Assembly (NCBI GenBank): GCA_041674405.1
Contig: JBAYVT010000002.1
Span: 87,158 to 151,157 of the forward strand
Direction of reading: 5' to 3'
DNA from: Patescibacteria group bacterium
GTDB lineage: Bacteria > Patescibacteriota > UBA1384 > XYA2-FULL-43-10
Length of the DNA: 64,000 nt
Made by a program: the position numbers and the translations under genes. Below are positions 61,201 through 64,000 of this stretch, piece by piece (the stretch's first letter is position 1; every line of letters begins with the position of its first letter). Under the pieces are notes generated by a model, which ran no database searches, had not been told where the DNA came from, and was given only the letters and a program-made list of their open reading frames with translations.

Positions 61201-61471
61201 TCCATGTGGTTGTATTAGCAGCTAGAGCTTTAGGAGGCTTTTCAAAATTGATTGATGGGTTGACCATAACAAACCCAAGAACCGAAATCGCCACAATATA
61301 TAAGGTCAAGAACATCCAATGAAAGGGTGACGAAGATCCCGAAAGATGCCACTTGTAATACCAACCGAATTTCATGCGAAGAGCATTGTGCCATGGAGAA
61401 AATCGGGAGAATGTGGTTCTCGTGCTTTTTTGTACTTTCATTATTTCCCTGTCAAGCTCCACAGTTGTCAT
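49295..61471 (-). CDS. giant (4058-aa) envelope protein: N-terminal signal anchor, ~50-aa beta-solenoid-like repeats, NHL/YVTN-like beta-propeller, FN3-like and Big_2-like domains, C-terminal multi-TM anchor with two CarbopepD_reg/transthyretin-like domains
   Basis: It is a single uninterrupted ORF. There is an N-terminal TM (WMFLTLYIVAISVLGFVMV). More than 20 repeats of …TITLSGSGTPFV..GTF..STSTIKYTG..ATN.T..TYYNLYLDHAGTTFTAAGDIT… are present. About 9 propeller blades of …KLNGSTGAVIGTY.VG.GP.G.AVDGSGNVWV… span roughly nt 52630-53450. FN3-like units occupy about 50370-52080. The C-terminal ~330 aa hold three hydrophobic helices flanking …DKSGVYGF…GKYKIIAKKDKY… and …DDKGKFSAILKRGRYTILATKEGY…. 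Confidence 0.85.
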   Translation of the reverse strand: MTTVELDREIMKVQKSTRTTFSRFSPWHNALRMKFGWYYKWHLSGSSSPFHWMFLTLYIVAISVLGFVMVNPSINFEKPPKALAANTTTWTVAGAGDANYNGEYSYGGTDAYGSDYWKNANNMYLYWDGGGAYMLSDVLNDAMMDVHYYLMEGALPGSNSWTANLGTAPAPSGVTPGGDPGHTYTGTNAGNTNANGTFAYNDQYFGDIGSSPYPVYKNENNSYLWFSGNMGGSWAVSSTLGSFYPGYTWFNADPVSDPTPYDWDASGEVEPGVIISEGGGGPATILISGTAKQYDESTNAADSETVKVAVNGTIQAQTGTTSGGSWSISGVTAPASGDTITVFIDGVADGNEANAVTKYDGSGNITGISLYEKHLYLGSDDNQTLSNNDISKYDNSVSSDEDIFFEIDGSNNLTLPAVGTQTDADQKIIIKANNTWRPASGGGTTSTVPKSYAEASSTMTLDNNSLVITGSGQSSSRPLRMETGSTFNYDTSTVTYQSASATDVALLGFHNLILDHSGTTFTPLSSGSFSVYGVFTIQTGTIYNGSDKTVYLYGSGTPFVVNGTFQEATSTIKYAGSSATNVTSATYYNLYLVHTGTTFTAAGNITVGSVLTLDVGTFNASDKTIVLNGSGTPFVNINATFQEGTSTVQYKGSSATNVTATTFYNLYLDRTGSTFTAAGDMTVSNLLTINAGEFDASNKTITLLGTNTPFVINGTFTANNSTLFYDCPDPVGAAVNVTATTYYNLQIARENFSGTHNVQAGTLNVSNNLHVGGGALTAVLSFETNDPIVNVDGDVIIDAGNTLTASSTAAFYLAGDYTNSATGIFTSGTGTLTLDGSDLQTITAGGTNGNHDFNSITITNASANGVYFADSATINGVFTDTTPSSKLTFHAGSTYSIMGLDINGGAVGTRIFMVSSTPTNHWNFNVVQDSPPASYVNVTDSDATGGSLVNATTGGYDGGNNHHWAFPPASISISGTCKQYDESSNCADSETIKVAINGSLDAATGTTSSGSWSITGVTAPSAGDTITIFVDGVADANEANAVTKYVSGNVSGIALYEKHLSIGSADNQTLSNADMEKYDNSVSSDEDIFFEVNATTKDLTLPESGTQTDTDQKLYVLASNTWQPAATDAPTSTISNLVIPTSAIVNLTGTTLALTASGTPLSITGTFTIGTSTIKFQGSGATNVNALSYYNLYAADKTGTTFAAAGNITVSGVLTINAGTFDASNKTITLSGSGTPFVVTGTFTPSTSTISYEGSSDTNLASVTYNNLVINHANTDFIAAGDITIADGFTMTSGSFSPGSHIINIAGDWDSSNVTFNEGNSTINFNGTSGDFSIILGSGQKFYNLTIAGENGGGSTSSTLGCGTGTNDASYGDGPWSTPEDITADDGNYARIVGIPQGKRSNYLKATNFGFNIPTNATVTGIKMEAKRMGSSPPVSDDIIEIIKSGTIGGTNQSADALWSGTEDYVPFGGDGNLWGLTWTPNDVNDSSFGVAMTIKKITPSVSNAIINYVRGTIYYSIPSSAWSLSSNIDVTNNLLVSSGTLTAGAHDISAGNVTISGGSLSAPASSNNFIVNGNWNHSSGTFDNNSGTVTFQTGGADKTLSGNMTGGSAFNNLTFNDGSGIWTANNDIDVSGVLSITTGEFNASNKTITLSGSGTPFVNNGTFQSSTSTIKYTGASATNVTAMGSGMVPGYYNLYLDHAGTTFTAAGNIKVENIFTINAGTFDASNKTITFMSTGTPFVVTGTFTASTSTVEYYGAAATNIASTTYYNLHLVTTAVSTAMGDINVTNVLTNDSIFDASNKTITLSGSGTPFVNNVVFTPSTSTVKYTGSLATNITATTYYNLYLDRAGTIFSAAGDITSTNVFTVNAGTFNDSPTGTITLSGSGTPFVINGTFQCMTGTVKYTGASATNIASTTYNNLYLDHAGTTFTAAGDISTGSNGTGVFTINAGTFDASNKTITLSGTSMPFVKTGTFTASTSTVKYTGTGPVNVTSATYYNLYIDKAGQTYTAAGDITANNVLTINAGTFNASNKTITLSGSGTPFVATGTFTYSTSTIKYTGSSATNITPVTYYNLTAEHANTNFTFTGATSVTRTFTNTTAPSTLTFNSGSNYNFNYAINIAGTSGNLITLAPSGGANWNLSASNNVAISYANVSKSSNTGSFCATYSVDGGGNTGWNISLTGSCSACSSYTFSGAGDSSYNGSYTYASVDARSNPYYTNTSNRVLAVDPWDSSWYLLSDTSKLLAPADQSAYVDWGSAGAPTVLPTTGTWTSFNGTLPAPTVTSGCSSFSISGTCKQYDESTACADGETVKVAINGTLDAATGTTASGSWTISGVTEPSAGDVITVFIDGATESHRANAVTKYTSGDITGVTLFEQHLVVGNGTAQTLSNTDLSQYDGSVSSDADILFDIGNATNDLAMPYNQATLTSQILYVIGTDTWRPNSSSAPTSTIPNLKIPATAVVNLDNTTLVLTESGDPLSISGTFTESTSTVKFQGTSATNINAITYCNLYAADHTGTTFTAAGNITINGVLTINAGTFAASSRTITLAAPGTPLVVTGTFQEGTSTLKYTGALATNITATTYYNLYLDHAGTTFTAAGDITTTNILTINAGTFDASNRTITLTGSGTPFVKTGTFTASTSTFIYRASSNTNITAANYYNLELLDPAVTPYVWVTNSGSNNITKLNSSTGAVIGTYAVGTGPYGVAVDGSGNVWVGNPYSGNVTKLNGSTGALIGTYAVGGGNPGVDNAGNVWVPYDSSHINKVNGSTGAVMGTYSTGTSPSGVAADRSGNVWICNHGSGNVTKLDSSTGALIGTYSVNGAPFSIAVDGDGNVWTASDGDIGITKLNGSTGAVIDIYSVPGANLAVDGSGNVWVVNSGTVYKVNGSTGAVIGTYSIGNGDHPGIDGDGNVWVTSIGGNTITKLNGSTGAVIGTYNVGSGPYHSFGDMTGFIWQSFVGNKTLTLSSGSFGVTNNLTIGDGTNQTDVDGITNNPSMNIGNFILNGNASFSAPSTMSVSGGWNHAGGIFTPGSGTVTLTGDSLIEGDTTFNNLTAATAGKTLSFSAGSTQTISGTWTVTGTSGSHVVLKRSGGSGGWNINPATATISYATISNSTNSGASFCATYSTDGGSNTDWNISPTGSCVTAPSAPTNAAIGTIQNDSFQVTWDDNSSDETGFKVYISTTPNSDCSQASYPDSPDYTTGAGETSQDVDGKDINTQYCAKVVAFNDAGNSTSAYSSPKYTLANMPTVSTVAGAYFVTGTISPSLNPSGTNYWIQYSINGTDFTDPAGMSWQTSTSYTLANLDPNTQYWIKAKARNGDNTDTTYSPSSAKVTPPAAPASLEANAVCRTSANLTWIAPEGADKYTLSYGTDSGASNKGTISDISTTATSLSGLARKTKYYAKVSATSNQNGAGNYSAIINFTTANCLGPTPSTDFRGTDIVTSQINWVWSNTDDDHTSWAVLDAAGNPLSGTLAASASSWLEQSLAPNTAYTRQVTVTNRKGTEKSNFATSYTLANTPDAPILSVVSESSVKIAINQNGNPANTRYAIYNDTAGKYVRHSDGAFSDSPDWQLYADWGGSDGFINTGLAASTNYAYRLKARNNSNVETDFSTASEVTTLGNPEKTASYIIISPTSAKIKVEDSVQFSAKAFASDDSEIPTAIIVWSVMNGGGEIDQTGLFTAGKEVGSFENTVQASFGDVKAAASVNVRKETIGEVIIGGIVGGVEDVAVSIDIVAGGIEKVYAAVGISKEAAPPVTAAAALGMAVVVAGLAPATNLITLFSLKEVIHIIVYSILSFGTVKKKRKKWGQVLEDGTGLPLSGAMVSLIKVGEDGTERVIETTTTDKSGVYGFAEPPGKYKIIAKKDKYQLAPKPDQYYDFDTGKIYEIDSYTKGFLVPTIIMSINGKSLSGIHAILGWLRKMERFFNYASIVVLTAGTILVLNNLIHDPNLLNYLILAGYILLWVINFSLVIRKSPWSMVVDRHKGEPIGLTLVRIMTGDNTRLVKTAVTDDKGKFSAILKRGRYTILATKEGYTLPKPVRFDTDEEISAVNKKIEMEKRNSKS
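52630..53450 (-). repeat. coding repeats for ~9-bladed NHL/YVTN-like beta-propeller within the giant gene (approximate bounds)
   Basis: About 40-aa blade periodicity is visible in the protein and in the plus-strand shadow ORFs (52775..53056 and 53198..53416). Confidence 0.6.
54140..54720 (-). repeat. ~180-aa module, copy 3 of 3 (…ISGTCKQYDES…VTKY…EKHL…QTLSN…DNSVSSDEDIFF…), approximate bounds
   Basis: Nucleotide-level similarity to the copies near 58090 and 60170. The antisense shadow ORFs share ISKRISASDETEPSY/ISKKISSSEETELSY. Confidence 0.55.
55200..56700 (-). repeat. main tandem array of ~150-nt (~50-aa) coding repeats within the giant gene (approximate bounds; smaller arrays near 53480-54050, 57480-58020, 59180-59900)
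   Basis: Recurrent nucleotide strings appear (e.g. GGTGTACCTGATCCAGACAAAGTGATGGTTTTATTTGATGC at about 55365 versus GGAGTACCTGATCCAGACAAGGTAATAGTTTTATTGGACGC at about 56040). Repeated antisense shadow ORFs read …VPVLTNGVP..KVIV…SKVPALMV…SPAAVKVVPA. Confidence 0.6.
58090..58640 (-). repeat. ~180-aa module, copy 2 of 3 (approximate bounds)
   Basis: The shadow ORF 58314..58586 parallels 54231..54722. Confidence 0.5.
60170..60650 (-). repeat. ~180-aa module, copy 1 of 3 (approximate bounds)
   Basis: The shadow ORF 60009..60326 ends …ISKKISSSEETELSY…, as in the other copies. Confidence 0.5.
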
Positions 61472-61486
61472 TCCGTTTTATATTTA

Positions 61487-64000
61487 TTAGGTAATTGATT
61501 TTTTCTTTAGTTCCAACTTTTTACGAAGTGCAGCCATATTATCTTGATTGGCAAATTCCACCGGATGATCAAGCTCATATCCCTCCTTCGCTGCAAAAAT
61601 GTTATATTTGCCTTTCCTTAACATAGCAGAGAATTTTCCCTTTTGGTCCGAAACAGTAGTTCTGACTAGTTTGTGGCTGTCTGAATTCATCACCCGAATC
61701 AAGGTTAGAGGGACCGGCTCTCCGGTATTCGATTCAGCCACAATACTCCATGGCGAATTTCTAATGATGAAAGATGCGTTGATAATCCAAAGCAAAAAGT
61801 ATCCAACAACAATAACGTAATTTAAAAGAGTGTGCTCGTGTATGACGTTATTGGCCGCTAATATTGACCCGAGTGCAAGTAATACGAATGAAAAATATAC
61901 AAAATATCTTTCTAATTTCCTAAACGATGCGACTAATTTTGCGATATTACCGAGCTTCTTTCCGTTGACGTTCATAATAATTGTGGGAACAATCAAACCT
62001 TCTTCGTAGCTCAAAACATTAAATATCTTTTTGGGGTCAAAGTTATAAAATTGGTCTTCAATAGATGCAACCGTGTGTTTTTCTTTGCTCGCAATGACAC
62101 GATATTTGCCAGGTCCAGCAGCAAAACCATATACCCCGTCTTTATCAGTAAATGACGATTCTATGACTTTCTCAGTATCAGCATCGTCCACCTTAACCAG
62201 GCTTACCTGAGCCAGATATAAGGGCATTCCTGTTCCATTTTCAATTACTCTTCCCCATTTTTTCTTCTTTCGTTTTAAAGTTCCAGCCGAAAGAATCGAG
62301 TAAGACAAAACATGATATATTTCATTCAGAGAAAACAGCGATGATGCTGTGGCCATCGGAGTCATTGCAGCTGCCATTCCAGCAGCACCCAGCGCTGCAG
62401 CTGAGGTTATTGGGGTCGCTGCTTGTTTAGATATCCCGACCGCTTGGTATATTTTTTCAATTTGTCCTGCAGTGGTATTAATGACACCAGAAATTAACGT
62501 CGCACTCTTAACAATTCCATCGACTAAATTATTAATGATTGTATCGTTTTTTATAATAACGGTGGCGAAAGATTGGCTCTCACCCACAGAGGCTTCAATT
62601 GTATTATTATATGTTCCAGTATCTGGTCCCGCAGTGAAAAATCCATTTTTATCGATTGCTCCGCCTCCATTTACCACTGACCAAACAATATTGACGTTGG
62701 ATATTTCTTTGTTATCTAAAGTGAATGCTCGGGCTTTGAACTGAAGGGTTTCATTTGGCCCGATTGTGGCGGTTACCGGATCAATGGCGATTGAAGCAAT
62801 ATTTGAAACAGGGCTATCTCCACCTTTTGGACTATCTGGAAGTGTTAAATTCTCTCCGGGCGATGAGAAAGAAGTTTCTATGCTATCTCCATTTTTTGCC
62901 TTAACCAGATAATCATATTGCGTGCCGACCAAAAGATTGTAATTAATAATGCCCGAACTTCCCCCCCACACGTTTCGCGTTTGCCAAACGGCGCTATTGC
63001 CCAGGGATCCATCAGCTTGCACATACTTTCCGGAAGTTTGATTATAGATAGCGTATTGGGTCGAAGGCGGATTGTTATTTGAGTTGATGATGATCTTTAA
63101 AGAATTACTAGATAATGCATTGACCATCGGTGCATTTGGTTGATTAGCCAGCGTGTAGAAAGGAGCAGTATATGATCCAGGCGAGTCATTACCAGAATTG
63201 GTTGCCGTAATTCTGGCGCAATATTGAGTATTAACACTTTTTCCTGAGATAAATTGCGAGGTCGTATTTGCACCCAAAGCATAATCCGGGTAATCCGGAT
63301 ATGAGGCAAACTCGCAATTATCACTTGTGGCAGTTGAAATAAAGATATTAAAGCCAGTTTCGCTTGAAGAGTTATCGATCCAATTCAGAGTGAAGAAAGT
63401 TGTGTCCACCCCTACAACCGAAGCCCCTGTGGGGGCAGCAGGGGTCGCTTCGCAGATCGTAGATGAACCAATCTGCCAGCCAATATTACCCCCCACATCA
63501 ATAGAATAGTTTGCACAGAATTGGATTCCTGAATTAGTTGATTGAGAAATTGAAGCGTGAGAAACTACGGCTTTCGCCGGATTTATTATCCAATTTCCTG
63601 AACTGCCAGACCCTCGTAGATTAATATTGTGGCCACTAGACCCAGAAATACTCCATGTGCCGGTAATTGTTTGGGTTGAGCCGGCTGAAAAAGATATGGT
63701 CTTTCCACCCGTAACGGCCGTGAGATTGTTGAAAGTGGTATTTCCCTGAATCAGAGAATCGCCATTCAAAGTTACTGTCCCGTTGCCGGGAGTGAACGTG
63801 CCACCATTATTGTTCCAGCCGCCCGAAAGATTAATGTTTGAGGGAGCGTTAAAGTTCGCATTACTCTTTAATGTAAAATTTCCGCCTATGTTAATTGTTG
63901 GATTATTTGCCAATCCGTCAACAGTGGTTTGATTAGCGCCATCACCAATCTGAAAATCGTTAGCGATATTAAACGTACCATTTGATAAAGTTAAAACTTT
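61487..64000 (-). CDS. second giant envelope protein, paralogue of 49295..61471 (C-terminal >830 aa; gene runs off the window end)
   Basis: The reading frame is open to the window edge; the track's 63913 boundary is an internal TTG. It aligns with the first protein (…NNPTINIGGNF…TFNNLTAVTGGKTISFSAGSTQTITGTW… versus …NNPSMNIGNF…TFNNLTAATAGKTLSFSAGSTQTISGTW…). It has the same FN3-like, Big_2-like and C-terminal multi-TM plus CarbopepD_reg-like anchor. It stops 15 nt before the start of the downstream giant gene. Confidence 0.85.
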   Translation of the reverse strand, partial: KVLTLSNGTFNIANDFQIGDGANQTTVDGLANNPTINIGGNFTLKSNANFNAPSNINLSGGWNNNGGTFTPGNGTVTLNGDSLIQGNTTFNNLTAVTGGKTISFSAGSTQTITGTWSISGSSGHNINLRGSGSSGNWIINPAKAVVSHASISQSTNSGIQFCANYSIDVGGNIGWQIGSSTICEATPAAPTGASVVGVDTTFFTLNWIDNSSSETGFNIFISTATSDNCEFASYPDYPDYALGANTTSQFISGKSVNTQYCARITATNSGNDSPGSYTAPFYTLANQPNAPMVNALSSNSLKIIINSNNNPPSTQYAIYNQTSGKYVQADGSLGNSAVWQTRNVWGGSSGIINYNLLVGTQYDYLVKAKNGDSIETSFSSPGENLTLPDSPKGGDSPVSNIASIAIDPVTATIGPNETLQFKARAFTLDNKEISNVNIVWSVVNGGGAIDKNGFFTAGPDTGTYNNTIEASVGESQSFATVIIKNDTIINNLVDGIVKSATLISGVINTTAGQIEKIYQAVGISKQAATPITSAAALGAAGMAAAMTPMATASSLFSLNEIYHVLSYSILSAGTLKRKKKKWGRVIENGTGMPLYLAQVSLVKVDDADTEKVIESSFTDKDGVYGFAAGPGKYRVIASKEKHTVASIEDQFYNFDPKKIFNVLSYEEGLIVPTIIMNVNGKKLGNIAKLVASFRKLERYFVYFSFVLLALGSILAANNVIHEHTLLNYVIVVGYFLLWIINASFIIRNSPWSIVAESNTGEPVPLTLIRVMNSDSHKLVRTTVSDQKGKFSAMLRKGKYNIFAAKEGYELDHPVEFANQDNMAALRKKLELKKKSIT

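Noticed and set aside
49398-63509. Dozens of plus-strand ORFs (60-170 aa) listed by the track inside the two giant genes
   Set aside because: They are antisense shadow frames of the giant minus-strand ORFs. Their repetitiveness simply mirrors the coding repeats. They have no SDs and no independent signals.

Overview
This is an AT-rich, gene-dense bacterial window in which most genes lie on the minus strand. TGA is used as a stop codon (SecA ends ...CCGR-TGA), so this is the standard bacterial genetic code. The gene content resembles a small-genome, probably monoderm lineage (CPR/Patescibacteria-like). That lineage call is an inference, not something I can prove from sequence alone.

Housekeeping genes (coordinates 1-49200):
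- gpmI (partial) and a LigT-like 2H phosphoesterase
- secA, hpf, serS, lysS, greA
- mrdA-mreD-mreC-mreB, mltG, ruvX
- ftsA, followed by a 603-aa membrane protein where ftsZ would be expected
- alaS, an SLT transglycosylase, nrnA, rpsA
- a SET-domain protein
- two ABC-2 exporter pairs and an orphan family-5 substrate-binding protein
- secG, a UbiB/ABC1 kinase, comM, miaA, an HD hydrolase, a SAM methyltransferase, comEA, recG
- mnmA, folD, iscU, iscS, and a Phd/YefM-like gene

tRNA genes, all on the minus strand with CCA encoded: eight in total (Leu-TAA, Val-TAC, Leu-GAG, Leu-CAG, Phe-GAA, Cys-GCA, Gly-GCC, Leu-TAG).

The most striking locus is the 3' third of the window (49295 to the window end). 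It holds two tandem paralogous giant ORFs: one complete of 4058 aa, and one of more than 830 aa that runs off the window.
- Each encodes an N-terminal signal-anchor protein. The body is a mosaic of about twenty ~50-aa beta-solenoid-like repeats, a triplicated ~180-aa module, an NHL/YVTN-like beta-propeller, FN3-like domains and a Big_2-like domain.
- Each ends in an unusual C-terminal multi-helix membrane anchor interleaved with two transthyretin/CarbopepD_reg-like domains.
- The repeats are recognisable at the nucleotide level.

A second recurrent theme is small, visibly G+C-rich islets embedded in the AT-rich background (about 17.9, 21.2, 34.0-34.4, 36.3 and 43.9-45.2 kb). Most carry tiny genes for Zn-ribbon or membrane peptides with canonical SD, promoter and terminator signals. 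The largest is a 1.3-kb non-coding island between recG and mnmA.

Other regulatory-type signals: a ~33-nt element built from tandem TTGATAC heptamers that occurs twice, upstream of two unrelated exported-protein genes; several clean intrinsic terminators; and a 22-bp perfect palindrome upstream of mreB.
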